Source of the DNA: Methanobacteriota archaeon
Lineage (GTDB): Archaea > Halobacteriota > Methanomicrobia > Methanomicrobiales > Methanoculleaceae
Direction: 5' to 3'
DNA length: 64,000 nucleotides
Assembly: GCA_030446015.1 (NCBI GenBank)
Contig: JASUSO010000002.1
Coordinates: 1,925 to 65,924, forward strand
Shown here: piece by piece, positions 29,160 through 39,112 of the stretch
How positions within the stretch are numbered: the stretch's first letter is position 1
Layout of the letters: each line of letters begins with the position of its first letter
Position numbers and translations under genes: made by a program
Notes under the pieces: generated by a model
What the model saw: the letters and a program-made list of their open reading frames with translations, nothing else
Database searches by the model: none
What the model was told of the DNA's origin: nothing

Positions 29160-29468
29160 ATGCAGAAGGCCAGAATACGTCTTTCCGGAACCGACTTCGA
29201 AAAAATCGAGATGGTCTGCGACCGGATCAAAGAGATAGCAGAGCGTACCGGCGTCAATCTGGCAGGTCCTATCCCGCTGCCCACGAAGAAACTCGTGGTC
29301 CCCACCAGGAAAAGCCCTGACGGCGAAGGTACCGCAACCTGGGATCGTTGGCAGATGCGCGTGCACAAGAGGCTCATCGATATCGATGCCGACGAGCGTG
29401 CGCTGCGCCAGCTGATGCGCATTCAGGTTCCAAAAGACATCGGCATTGAGATTGTGCTGGAGAGTTGA
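29160..29468 (+). CDS. rps10: 30S ribosomal protein S10
   Basis: MQKARIRL...GPIPLPTK...RKSPDGEG...HKRLIDI. Confidence 0.96.
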   Translation: MQKARIRLSGTDFEKIEMVCDRIKEIAERTGVNLAGPIPLPTKKLVVPTRKSPDGEGTATWDRWQMRVHKRLIDIDADERALRQLMRIQVPKDIGIEIVLES

Positions 29469-29480
29469 GGTGAGTGCGGC

Positions 29481-31163
29481 GTGAAGGCCGCCGTGTTCGC
29501 GGCAGGAGTCCGTGAACGACTACTCTCATTCGAGGGGCTTTTTCTCCTCATATTTCTGGCCACAATTGCCCTCCGTTTTTACTCACTGGACTTAAAGTTA
29601 TTTCACCACGACGAGGCTATTCACGCGTGGTTCTCCTACCGGCTCCTGACCGAAGGGACGTATATCTACGACCCCATGTATCACGGGCCGTTCCTCTACT
29701 ACGTAACGGCCGGGATCTTCTCGCTGCTCGGAGACTCGGATCTCGTAGGCAGGCTCTTCCCGGCGCTGCTCGGCACCCTGCTCGTCCCGCTGGTCTATCC
29801 GATCTACCGGCTCGGCTACCTCGATAAGAAGCAGGCCCTCATAGCGGCGCTCTTCCTCGCCGTATCGCCGAACATGGTCTACTTCTCGCGATTCCTCCGA
29901 AACGACATCTTTATCGCCTTCTTCACGATGGTCCTCCTCGTCGCCCTCCTCTACTACTTCGAGCGGCAGAAGATGCAGTACGCACTCATCGCCGGGGCGG
30001 CGATCGGGTTTGGGATGTCGGCGAAGGAGAACATGCCGATCATCGTCCTGATCTTCGGGGTATATCTCCTGTACCTGCTCTGGACGGGAAGAGTGCGGCT
30101 CCCGAAGCGCTGGATCCGGGACCTCGCACTCGGCGCCCTCGTCGCGATCGGGATCATGGCGGTCTTCTACTCGTCGTTCGGCGCCCATCCGGAGGTGCTC
30201 ATGGACGGGTGGCTCCGGGCCATCGAGCACTGGACCTCGATGCACCAGGCCCAGCGCCTCGGCGGGCCGCCGTACTTCTACATCCTGCTCTTCCTCCTCT
30301 ACGAGGTGCCGATCCTGATCCTCGCCGTGGTCGGGATCCTGCAGTTCGTCGATATTCCGGGCGCCATCTCCCGCTGGAGGGAGCGGCGGGCAGGAGGCGC
30401 AGGGAACCCCGGCGAAGGAGAAGAAGCAGAGACAGAGATTGCAAGGGCTCAAGAGATCGATGCCCCGTCTATCAGGAAGAGAACGGGCTTCACGAATCGG
30501 CTCCGTGAGATCCTCTCGGGCAGCGGGGAGATCCAGCAGATCGACCGGCAGAAGGAGTTCGCGAGGTTCGCCATCTTCTGGATGCTCCTCTCACTCGCGG
30601 TCTACGCCTACCTCGGCGAGAAGGTGCCGTGGCTGATCCTCCACCAGCTCCTGCCGATGATCTTCGTCGCGGTCTATATGATGACCACGAAGAAGGCGGT
30701 CATCACCGTCGCGGCAAGCGTCTTCCTGATCGTCATGACGTTCCATGTGGCGTACACTCCGGCGGACATCAACGAGCCCATCGTGCAGGTGCAGAACTCC
30801 GAAGACCTGCGGGAGGTCTTTGCGAAGATCGACGCCGCAGATAAGGTGGCGGTTGCGACCGACAATTACTGGCCGCTCCCCTGGTACTACCGCGGCGGCG
30901 ACGCCTCGAAGCTCTCCTATTACAGCCAGAAGGTGAGCGAATCGACGATATACGGGGGAGATTTCGACCTCGTTATCACGCACGACGCAGACACCTACCC
31001 GACCCTCGACGGCTACGTAAAGGAGACCTACCGGCTGAACTACTGGTTCTCCTACGAGGAGAACAAGGAGAGGCTGCTCGAGTACTACTTCCTGCGGGAC
31101 GGGAAGACGGGGAGCAGAAACATCGAGGTCTTCTCGCGGGTTCCCGCGGGGGCGGCTGGCTGA
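29481..31163 (+). CDS. GT-C-fold membrane protein (TIGR03663 / Agl23-like)
   Basis: FHHDEAIHAWFS...YDPMYHGP, SRFLRNDIF and EKVPWL motifs; many TM helices. Confidence 0.8.
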   Translation: MKAAVFAAGVRERLLSFEGLFLLIFLATIALRFYSLDLKLFHHDEAIHAWFSYRLLTEGTYIYDPMYHGPFLYYVTAGIFSLLGDSDLVGRLFPALLGTLLVPLVYPIYRLGYLDKKQALIAALFLAVSPNMVYFSRFLRNDIFIAFFTMVLLVALLYYFERQKMQYALIAGAAIGFGMSAKENMPIIVLIFGVYLLYLLWTGRVRLPKRWIRDLALGALVAIGIMAVFYSSFGAHPEVLMDGWLRAIEHWTSMHQAQRLGGPPYFYILLFLLYEVPILILAVVGILQFVDIPGAISRWRERRAGGAGNPGEGEEAETEIARAQEIDAPSIRKRTGFTNRLREILSGSGEIQQIDRQKEFARFAIFWMLLSLAVYAYLGEKVPWLILHQLLPMIFVAVYMMTTKKAVITVAASVFLIVMTFHVAYTPADINEPIVQVQNSEDLREVFAKIDAADKVAVATDNYWPLPWYYRGGDASKLSYYSQKVSESTIYGGDFDLVITHDADTYPTLDGYVKETYRLNYWFSYEENKERLLEYYFLRDGKTGSRNIEVFSRVPAGAAG

Positions 31164-31212
31164 GACCTCCTTTCCCGGTTCTGCGGCCGGGAGTGGGTTT
31201 CCTCATAGATCC

Positions 31213-31219
31213 TTTTTTT
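31213..31219 (+). terminator. Oligo-T archaeal terminator candidate after the tuf-rps10-GT-C unit
   Basis: T7 run about 50 nt after the stop at 31163. Confidence 0.45.
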
Positions 31220-31264
31220 CACAACATCTTCCGGAATTCTCAAGACCCGGATTCCCGCACTTTG

Positions 31265-31442
31265 CGGCTTCGTGCTCTCGCATCTTCGATGCTCATGTTC
31301 CGTTCCTCGTACCTGAAGTGCTCGCGTTCGCTTTCGCTCACGCCTCGCGCCTAACGGTGCTCGCGCTCACTGCGTTCGCGCCTCGGAAACCCCTTGGGAT
31401 TCTCGAACTCCTGTCCTAGCGGACAGTCGTTCCTTGCGGAAC
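31265..31442 (-). repeat. Hairpin-rich dispersed repeat, copy B
   Basis: Reverse complement matches copy A: 26/31 nt at 31386-31416 and 18/19 nt at 31344-31362, plus the GGAACGACTG and GAGCACGA(G)AAGCCG blocks. Confidence 0.75.
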
Positions 31443-31716
31443 GTTGCACTTAGCACCTGGCGATGCCCGAACTCCGTTCTTCGCGTGAGGCCGGACATCG
31501 CATATAGACGGTTTAACTCACACAGAATGGGGGCGGGAGCGAGTTCGAGCGGCTCTCCGGGTGCGGGAGGTGCAAAGAACCCGGAGGCGACGTCGAAGTT
31601 TTGAATTTGAGGTGACAATAGGCAACAGAGTCAATAGGCTTCAGGGGTGTTGGACGGCTAATTGTGCCAAGCACAGGTGCTTAAAAATGGGTGTGAAAAG
31701 AGGGGTTCGCCGGGAG

Positions 31717-32802
31717 CTATCCAAGTTCGTCCCAGCCGGTCTTCTTCCGGTATATCACGACGCCCGCGACGATAAGGACGATGACGACCACGACACCGAT
31801 GTAGAGGAGGAGGTTACCTCCAAGATTGAATCCCTCACCGATCCGCTCCCGGAGAGCATTTGCCTCGGCCAGAGCCTCGTTCGCCTTGTTCAGACCGTCT
31901 CCCGCCTTCGAACGCGCCAGCGAGTAGTTCTTGCCGTTCAGGTTGTCCTGTGCCTGGGAGTAGAACTGGACGGCGCTCTCGCGCTTGGTCATGATGGCGA
32001 TCACCTGCGGGTCGGTGCCCATTGAGCGGTTCTCGACGAAGTAGGTGATCATCCCGTCGAGGGACTCGATTGCTGCACCGGTATCGGCGACCGATTTCTC
32101 GGCCCACGCCTTATCGAGGAGCGCAACCCCCTCGTCGATATCTTTCTTCGCGGTGGCGATGTAACTCGCCGCCTGTGACGGGCCTGCCGATGCAGCACTG
32201 GTGAGCGCCTGACTCGCGGAGTTGTACTTGGCCTGGGCGGCGGAGATATCCACACCCTGTGAGGCTTTCTCGTCGAGATCAGCCTTCAGGTCTTTGAGGC
32301 GCTGCTGCTGGGCGGCAAGAGAACCCTCGACCTGGGCTGCGTTCACGACGTCACGGGTCACGGAGTGAGTGTCTTTAACGTCTTTGTCCCGCAGGTGCTC
32401 GATCTTGGTGATCAGGATCTTGCTGCTCGCGCTTGAGGGAACGACGCCGCGCAACTGGGCATCAAGTTCGATGTCGCCGTCACCGTAAGCGATCTCGAAC
32501 TCCGTCAGGACCGGGTAGTATCCGGTCTTCTTGGTGGTATAGATGGCGACCCCGTCACGATAGACTATGAAATCCCAGACAGGGTTCTGCAACCCGGTGC
32601 TGAACTCGAACGACTCATCATTGCCGCCGGAGGTGATCATATCGTAGGTGAGCACGTAACGTGCGGTCACCTGCTGACCGGGTTCGAGAGCGCCGCTTGC
32701 GGGGTCAATCTTCTCGGTCTTGACGTTGAACGCCGATGCTGCCTGCACGACACAGACCAGTGCCAGCAGGAGAATAACCCATCTGCTGATGCTTGTCTTC
32801 AT
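31717..32802 (-). CDS. Exported protein with signal peptide, coiled-coil region and C-terminal TM anchor
   Basis: MKTSISRWVILLLALVCVVQAASA signal; helical segment EGSLAAQQQRLKDLKADLDEK...; LLYIGVVVVIVLIVAGVVIY-RKKTGWDELG tail. Confidence 0.8.
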   Translation of the reverse strand: MKTSISRWVILLLALVCVVQAASAFNVKTEKIDPASGALEPGQQVTARYVLTYDMITSGGNDESFEFSTGLQNPVWDFIVYRDGVAIYTTKKTGYYPVLTEFEIAYGDGDIELDAQLRGVVPSSASSKILITKIEHLRDKDVKDTHSVTRDVVNAAQVEGSLAAQQQRLKDLKADLDEKASQGVDISAAQAKYNSASQALTSAASAGPSQAASYIATAKKDIDEGVALLDKAWAEKSVADTGAAIESLDGMITYFVENRSMGTDPQVIAIMTKRESAVQFYSQAQDNLNGKNYSLARSKAGDGLNKANEALAEANALRERIGEGFNLGGNLLLYIGVVVVIVLIVAGVVIYRKKTGWDELG

Positions 32803-32811
32803 AACGCCTCC

Positions 32812-33978
32812 TCACTCGAACAGAGGTTCTATGCCGTCGTCGAACATGGTCGAGCGCTTCTCCTTGGACTTGAGGACATCTTCCTTCGTGGACTTGGCAA
32901 TCTCAAGGAGCTCGGTGATCCGGGGAGCGTTCCCGATCGTCGCAAGAACCACCACCGCGGCGATGTAGTCGCTCTGCACCGGGTAATCACCGCCACGCAC
33001 CTCGACGCCGGCGATGTTCTCCTCCACCCAACTCTTCGACTTCTCAACACCCTTTCTGTCCATCTCCTCGGGCGGTCCCGCGAGAAGGACGAGACCTCGC
33101 TCGGCCGTAGAGTAGTCGCACGGCAGGGTGAGGCGACCGAGCATGGCACGCCGAACAAGAGCGATGATCTTCGCCGACTTGTCCTCTCCGGTCAGAACCT
33201 CCTCAGTCTTCTCCTTCTTGCGTATCAGGCCGGAGAGGAGCCCCTGGCTCTGCTTCGTGCGCGGACTGATCTTCTCGCTGATGGCGTATCCGACAGAACT
33301 GATACCGCCGCCCCGGAGAGTGTTGATGATCTCGCTCGAGTCGACGACCATCTCGCCGACGCCGCCCCTGCCGACCTCGCCTGCACGGAAGAGCACACCG
33401 AACCGGCGGACGATCTCGTCGTTCAGCCGGTTATACGCATCCTTGACGCTCTCTCCTTCATTCTTCCAGGCACTGTTATCGAAGATGAAGGTATTATCCG
33501 CCTCGTTCACCAGGGTGCTCAGGGAACGTGCTGCGTTATAGGAATAGAGACGGCCTTCCTCGGGGGCAGGCAGGATGCCGATCGCATAGACCGGTTCCCG
33601 GTAGATGCGCTTTAGGTGGCGGGCGAGCACCGGCGAACCTCCCGAGCCGGTTCCCCCGCCGAGGCCGGCGACGATGACGAAGGCGTCGATGTCGTGTGTG
33701 CCGCGCGAATCGATGGCGTTTATGATGGCATCAATCTCGTCGGCGGTCACCCGCGCACCGGTTACGTTGTCGGTCCCGACACCATGGCCTTTCACCACGG
33801 TCTGCCCGATCAGGAGCCGATCTTTCAACTCGATGTTCTTCAGTCCCATCAGGTCGGTACGCGCCGTATTTACGGCAATCCCCCTGAAATTCTGGGTCTG
33901 CATTCGTTTGTCCTGTTCGATGAACATATCGACAATTTTGCCCCCAGCTTGACCGAATCCTATGAAGAAGACCCTCAT
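32812..33978 (-). CDS. cetZ: CetZ tubulin/FtsZ-family protein
   Basis: IGFGQAGGKIVD, VKGHGVG, GLGGGTGSGG (tubulin signature), LKRIYREPVY, YNAARS and FDNSAW, all CetZ-type rather than FtsZ. Confidence 0.88.
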   Translation of the reverse strand: MRVFFIGFGQAGGKIVDMFIEQDKRMQTQNFRGIAVNTARTDLMGLKNIELKDRLLIGQTVVKGHGVGTDNVTGARVTADEIDAIINAIDSRGTHDIDAFVIVAGLGGGTGSGGSPVLARHLKRIYREPVYAIGILPAPEEGRLYSYNAARSLSTLVNEADNTFIFDNSAWKNEGESVKDAYNRLNDEIVRRFGVLFRAGEVGRGGVGEMVVDSSEIINTLRGGGISSVGYAISEKISPRTKQSQGLLSGLIRKKEKTEEVLTGEDKSAKIIALVRRAMLGRLTLPCDYSTAERGLVLLAGPPEEMDRKGVEKSKSWVEENIAGVEVRGGDYPVQSDYIAAVVVLATIGNAPRITELLEIAKSTKEDVLKSKEKRSTMFDDGIEPLFE

Positions 33979-34092
33979 TCAGCTTCACACCCTCATATTA
34001 GCTAATTAATTATATCCACGCTTATGTATAAAGACCATACATACATTATAACCCAAAAGTGTTCTTATAATTTTCAGACGTAGGGGTGAGTA

Positions 34093-35325
34093 ATGAAGAT
34101 CTGCGTTGTGGGGGGAGGTCTGTCCGGTCTGGTCTCGGCTCTCGAACTCGCCGGGACACACGAGGTAGATCTCTTCGAGCGAAAGCCCGTTCCGGGCGGC
34201 TGCCTCGGTTCGTACCGGATCGGCGATTACTGGATCGAGGAGTACTACCATCATTGTTTTGCCGGCGACACTGCTCTCCTCGATCTCTTCGATGCGCTAC
34301 AGGTGGCGGATCGGATGGTCTGGCTTCGAGGATCCACCGGCTACTACGTCGACGGAAACATCCACCCGCTCACCACCCCGCTCGAGATCCTGCGTTACCC
34401 TCATCTCACGCTCATGGAAAAGGCCCGTCTCGGGCTCCTGACCTTGCGTTCCCGGCGGCTCGACGCCTCGGCGCTTGATGGGATCACCGCGAAGGACTTC
34501 ATCCTCGAGAACCTCGGTTCCGGGGTGTACTCCTCATTCTTCGAGCCGCTCTTAAACAGCAAGTTCGGCGACCGGGCCGGCGAGGTCTCCGCCGCCTGGC
34601 TCATATCCCGCATCGCCATCCGCTCCGACCGGGGTGCTGGAGGGGAACGGCTGGGGTACCTGAAAGGGGGGTTCCGGCACTTCGTCGCGCGAATCGAGGA
34701 AGAGGCGGCGCGACGGGGCGCAACGATCCTCTCCGGCACCCCGGTCGAGGAGATCCGGCGGGAAGGCGGCGGCTGGACCGTCAACGGTCAGGCCTACGAC
34801 GCGGTCATATCGACCCTACCCCCACAGGTGACCGCAGACCTTGCCGGCCTCGACATCGCCAAGATCCCCTACCAGGGCGCCGCCTGCATGACCCTCGCAC
34901 TCGACCGGGACGTGACCGACAGGATATACTGGCTGAATATGAAGGACAGGGCCCCTTACGGTGCGGTGGTCTCGCATACCAACTTCGCCCCGCTCGAATG
35001 GTATGGCGAACATATCGTCTACCTTGCGTCCTACTTCACCGGCATGCTCCCGGAAGGGTTAGAGCAGTCGATGCTTGCCGACTTCTGCCGCCGGTTCTCC
35101 GTCGACGAGGGCGAAGTCCACTGGCACCGGCTCGCGGTCGACCCGTACGCGGGCCCGGTCTACACGACGGGGCTCCGCAACCGGCTGCCCGACTACGAAG
35201 AACACGGGCTCTTCCTCGCCGGGATGTTCAGCCCGCCGAACTACCCGGAGCGGAGCATGAACGGTTCGGTCGTTGCCGGGCAGGAAGCGGCAAAGAGAGT
35301 TCTTGCGAGGTATCCGGATGCGTGA
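34093..35325 (+). CDS. NAD(P)/FAD-dependent oxidoreductase (HemY/amine-oxidase-like)
   Basis: VVGGGLSGL Rossmann motif; YYHHCF and PERSMNGSV motifs. Confidence 0.85.
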   Translation: MKICVVGGGLSGLVSALELAGTHEVDLFERKPVPGGCLGSYRIGDYWIEEYYHHCFAGDTALLDLFDALQVADRMVWLRGSTGYYVDGNIHPLTTPLEILRYPHLTLMEKARLGLLTLRSRRLDASALDGITAKDFILENLGSGVYSSFFEPLLNSKFGDRAGEVSAAWLISRIAIRSDRGAGGERLGYLKGGFRHFVARIEEEAARRGATILSGTPVEEIRREGGGWTVNGQAYDAVISTLPPQVTADLAGLDIAKIPYQGAACMTLALDRDVTDRIYWLNMKDRAPYGAVVSHTNFAPLEWYGEHIVYLASYFTGMLPEGLEQSMLADFCRRFSVDEGEVHWHRLAVDPYAGPVYTTGLRNRLPDYEEHGLFLAGMFSPPNYPERSMNGSVVAGQEAAKRVLARYPDA

Positions 35326-36037
35326 GATCGAGGTGAGCGCCGTCCTCCCGGTCTACAACGATCTTACTGCTCTCAAGACCGCCATACCGCGGTCGCTTGA
35401 GACACTCGAGGCGATTGCTCCAGGAAGGTTCGAGCTGATCGTCGCCGAGGACGGGAGCACCGACGGGAGCACGGAGTTCGTCAGGGAGTACGAGAGAAAC
35501 GATCCCCGGGTTCGCCTGTTCCATTCCGACGAGCGGCTCGGGAGGGGGCGGGCGCTCAACCGGGCGTTTGCCGGGGCGCTTGGGTCTATTGTCTGCTACT
35601 ATGATGTGGATCTCGCAACCGACATGCGGCACCTCGCCGAACTGATCGATGCCATCCGCGACGGCAACGACATCGCAACCGGCTCCCGCCTCCTTCCCGA
35701 GAGCATCATTGTCCGGAGCGGCGGGCGGGAGATCGCAAGCCGCGGCTACAACATGCTTGTGCGGACGATCCTCAGAAGTTCGCTCTGCGATCACCAGTGC
35801 GGGTTCAAGGCGTTCCGGCGCGACCGCCTGCTCTCCTTGATCCCGTCGGTGACTGCAGATCACTGGTTCTGGGACACCGAGGTGCTGGTTCGGGCGCAGA
35901 AGAACGGTTACCGGATACGGGAGTTCCCCGTGCAATGGCGGCAGGGCGAAGGAACGACGGTACGGAGGAAAGACGTAGTTGAGATGGGATCGGCGATTCT
36001 TCGCCTCTGGTGGCGGCTCCATGTGGAAAAAAGTTAG
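35318..36037 (+). CDS. GT2 polyprenyl-phosphate glycosyltransferase (Dol-P-Glc/Man synthase-like)
   Basis: VLPVYND, EDGSTDG, DVD, GSR and DHQCGFKAF motifs. Confidence 0.88.
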   Translation: MREIEVSAVLPVYNDLTALKTAIPRSLETLEAIAPGRFELIVAEDGSTDGSTEFVREYERNDPRVRLFHSDERLGRGRALNRAFAGALGSIVCYYDVDLATDMRHLAELIDAIRDGNDIATGSRLLPESIIVRSGGREIASRGYNMLVRTILRSSLCDHQCGFKAFRRDRLLSLIPSVTADHWFWDTEVLVRAQKNGYRIREFPVQWRQGEGTTVRRKDVVEMGSAILRLWWRLHVEKS

Positions 36038-37001
36038 CGCTGTCGTCATCCCCACCCTGATCGCGGTCGGTATCGTCGCCTACATGCTCTACCGCGTATG
36101 GGACGACCTCCTGCTGACGCTCGAACATGCGGTGCTGCCGTTCCTCTTTGCCGCCGTCGGGATCTGCATCACGGCCTGGGTTCTTCGAGGATACCGGTAT
36201 CGGTTCATCCTGAAGGGGCTCGACATCAGAAAAAGCCTCTGGTTCTCGACCGCCTGCATCTTCATCTCCCAGACGGCGAACCTCATCGTCCCCGCGCGCC
36301 TCGGCGATTTCGTGCGGATGCTGATCTTAAAGCATGAGGATGACGCCACCTACTCGCAGGGGTTCTCGTCCCTCGTCGTCGAGCGCGTCTTCGATATCCT
36401 GATGGTCGCGGTGCTCGGTCTCGTCGCGCTCCCGTTCGTCCTCGCGGTCCTCGACGTACCCGACTGGTTCATCACGGTCATCATCGTCCCCCTCGCCGCA
36501 GGAGGCGTCTTCTTCGTCGTGCTTCTCCGGTCGGGCCGGATGAAGTCCGAGAACCGGATCGTCGTTGCCCTCCAGAGGATGCTCGACGAGGTGAAGCGGG
36601 CCTCCCTCAACCCCCGGGCGCTCGCCGTGCTCAGCGGGTCGTCGCTCCTGATATGGTTCGTCGACGTGCTGGTCTGCTACGCGGTCGTCCTGATGTTCCA
36701 GGCGCCGGTGCCGTTTGCCATCGTCGTCCTCGCTATCGTCATAGGCAACCTGGTCAAGGCCGTTCCGATCACCCCGGGAGGGGTGGGGACCTACGAACTT
36801 GCGCTCGCTCTGACGTTCGGGCTCGCGGGAACCCCGGCTGCAACAGCAACGCTGATAGCGGTTATCGACCACCTGATCAAGAACCTGGTCACGCTCGTCG
36901 GGGGTGTCGGGTCGATCTACTACTTCGGCGACTGGTCGATGAACCTCTTAAAGAAAGCATTCAACAGGGAGATCGAGAAGGAGGATACGTTTGGCGGTTG
37001 A
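36021..37001 (+). CDS. LPG-synthase TM-domain (UPF0104, putative flippase) membrane protein
   Basis: PARLGDFVR, ERVFD and PITPGGVGTYE motifs. Confidence 0.85.
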   Translation: MWKKVSAVVIPTLIAVGIVAYMLYRVWDDLLLTLEHAVLPFLFAAVGICITAWVLRGYRYRFILKGLDIRKSLWFSTACIFISQTANLIVPARLGDFVRMLILKHEDDATYSQGFSSLVVERVFDILMVAVLGLVALPFVLAVLDVPDWFITVIIVPLAAGGVFFVVLLRSGRMKSENRIVVALQRMLDEVKRASLNPRALAVLSGSSLLIWFVDVLVCYAVVLMFQAPVPFAIVVLAIVIGNLVKAVPITPGGVGTYELALALTFGLAGTPAATATLIAVIDHLIKNLVTLVGGVGSIYYFGDWSMNLLKKAFNREIEKEDTFGG

Positions 37002-38991
37002 GTTCGTCGTTCCCGTATTACTCTGGCTCCTCATCGTCAAGATGCTTCATCTCGCCGTCTGGCCGGCTCTCGACCGCACCCTCGGTAGCCTTGCGGCGGC
37101 GGCCGCCTACCCGACATCGATCCTCCTCTTCACGCTCGGCACATGGTACCTGGGCCTCTTGGGCCTTCCGATCGTCCTTGCCCTTCTGCCGTTTTTCGCC
37201 GCGATCGTGTATGCAGGGTCGCGCCGGTTCTTCACGCGGGAGCGCCTCAAATCCGCTCTCACCTGGGACCTCGCCTTCCTGCTCCCCTTCCTCTTCATGC
37301 TCGAGGTGCGCTGGATCAACCCGACCATCTCCTATGCCGAGAAGTTCATGGACCACGCAATCCTCGCCTCGATTATGCGGGCGCCCATCGTCCCACCGCT
37401 CGATCCCTGGTATGCGGGGGGAACGCTGGACGTCTACTACTACCTCGGCTACTGGATGGGCGGGGCGCTCGGGCTCGTATCCGGCGTGCCTTCGACGGTC
37501 GTGTTCAACCTTGTACTCCCGACGGTGCTTGGCCTCTCTGTCGTTGCGCTCTACGCTCTCGGGCACCTCCTCCTCGATCGATACCGGTGGCTCCCGGTGG
37601 TTGCGCTCTTCCTCCCGAACCCCTCGGCGATCTACCATATCCTGATCGGGGATGCCTGGTTCGACGTCCTCTGGGGGAGCACCCGGACGATCGAGAACAC
37701 CATCAACGAGTATCCCATCTTCTCGATGCTCTGGGGCGACGTGCATCCGCACGTCATGAGTTTCTTCAACCAGGGGTTCCTGCTCTTCCTCCTGGTCTTC
37801 TCCTACATGCGGTGGGAGACACTCTCCACGCGGGGGCGAACACTCCTCTGCGGGCTTGCCGCCCTCTCCCTCGGGTCGATGCCCGGGTTCAACTCCTGGG
37901 ATGTGCTGGTCTATGCCCCGGTCACGCTGGCCTTCGGCCTCCTCATATGGTGGCGCTACGGGAACCTCCGACCGGACAGCCAGAACTCCTGGATGGTACT
38001 CGCAGCGGTGCCGCCGCTTGCGATCGCGGCATACCTCCCGTTCTACCTGCAGCTCAACAGTCCCGGCGTCGCGGGAGTCGCGATCGTCCCCACGCCCTCC
38101 GCACCGGTGGAGTTTCTCCTGGTCCACGGGTTCTTCCTCGCGGTGCTGATTGCGTACTGCGCACCGGACATCCGGCAGCGCCCCTACCTCCTCCTCGCCG
38201 CGGTGCCGTTCGTGCTCGCCGGCTACCCGGCCGCGGCCATCGCCGCCGTTCCGCTGGTCTACCTCGCCGTTCGCCGCCGCTTTTCGGCCACAGACACGCT
38301 TGCCATACTCGGGCTTGCGATCGTCCTCGTCACCGAACTCATCTACCTCGTGGACAACATGGGAGAGGTCTACTTCCGGATGAACACGGTCTTCAAGTTC
38401 TACCTCCCGGCATGGTTCCTGATGGGGACGGCGAGCCTCGCCATCGTCGGAGAGTGGCTCCGGAACGCCGGGATCGATAGGCTGATCCCGGATCGGGCGG
38501 AGAAGGCGCTCCCGGTCCTGGCCGCGGCGCTGCTCATCGTCGCGCCCTTCGCGATCAACGTCGACTTCGGCTACGGGAGCCACACCCTCGACGGGGCGGC
38601 ATACCTCGAGGGGTCGAATCCCGGCGACGCGGCGGCGATCGCGTTCCTCCGGACGCTCGGGGGCGACCACGTCATCGTCGAGGCGGAGGGCGGCGACTAC
38701 ACGTACTATTCAAGGGTCTCGTCGTTCACCGGGATCCCGGCCGTCATCGGGATGCCCTTCCACGAGTACATGTGGCGGGGCAATGAAGGCCGCATCAGCG
38801 AGCGGAGCGCCGACGTACGGGCGATCTACGAACAGCCAAGCCGGACCGTCGACCTTGCGCGGACATACAACGCCACCCTGCTCTACGTAGGTCCGGCAGA
38901 GCGCGAACGCTACGCCGTCTCGATCCCGACGGATGCGCTCGAACTCATCTACGACGCGCAGGGAGTCCAGATCTACCGGATCCCTGCATAA
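36991..38991 (+). CDS. DUF2298/YYY-family GT-C-like membrane protein
   Basis: EKFMD, DPWYAGG..DVYYYLG, INEYPIFS...GDVHPH and MNTVFKFY motifs. Confidence 0.82.
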   Translation: MAVEFVVPVLLWLLIVKMLHLAVWPALDRTLGSLAAAAAYPTSILLFTLGTWYLGLLGLPIVLALLPFFAAIVYAGSRRFFTRERLKSALTWDLAFLLPFLFMLEVRWINPTISYAEKFMDHAILASIMRAPIVPPLDPWYAGGTLDVYYYLGYWMGGALGLVSGVPSTVVFNLVLPTVLGLSVVALYALGHLLLDRYRWLPVVALFLPNPSAIYHILIGDAWFDVLWGSTRTIENTINEYPIFSMLWGDVHPHVMSFFNQGFLLFLLVFSYMRWETLSTRGRTLLCGLAALSLGSMPGFNSWDVLVYAPVTLAFGLLIWWRYGNLRPDSQNSWMVLAAVPPLAIAAYLPFYLQLNSPGVAGVAIVPTPSAPVEFLLVHGFFLAVLIAYCAPDIRQRPYLLLAAVPFVLAGYPAAAIAAVPLVYLAVRRRFSATDTLAILGLAIVLVTELIYLVDNMGEVYFRMNTVFKFYLPAWFLMGTASLAIVGEWLRNAGIDRLIPDRAEKALPVLAAALLIVAPFAINVDFGYGSHTLDGAAYLEGSNPGDAAAIAFLRTLGGDHVIVEAEGGDYTYYSRVSSFTGIPAVIGMPFHEYMWRGNEGRISERSADVRAIYEQPSRTVDLARTYNATLLYVGPAERERYAVSIPTDALELIYDAQGVQIYRIPA

Positions 38992-39059
38992 ACCGTTGCG
39001 GCGGCGTCCATGCGGGCCGGCGCGAAAACAGCGGGACCCTACCCACGAAATCGTGGTAG

Positions 39060-39077
39060 ATTGACAAACCTTTATCA
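39060..39077 (+). promoter_or_regulatory. BRE/TATA promoter of the rpl7ae operon
   Basis: ATTGACAAACCTTTATCA about 100 nt upstream of the ATG. Confidence 0.55.
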
Positions 39078-39112
39078 CTCCTCTTATTGACATAATACAG
39101 CGCATTCGATCA

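Noticed and set aside
34045-34071. ATTATAA-N13-TTATAAT inverted repeat between cetZ and the FAD oxidoreductase
   Set aside because: Most simply explained by back-to-back TATA boxes of divergent promoters.
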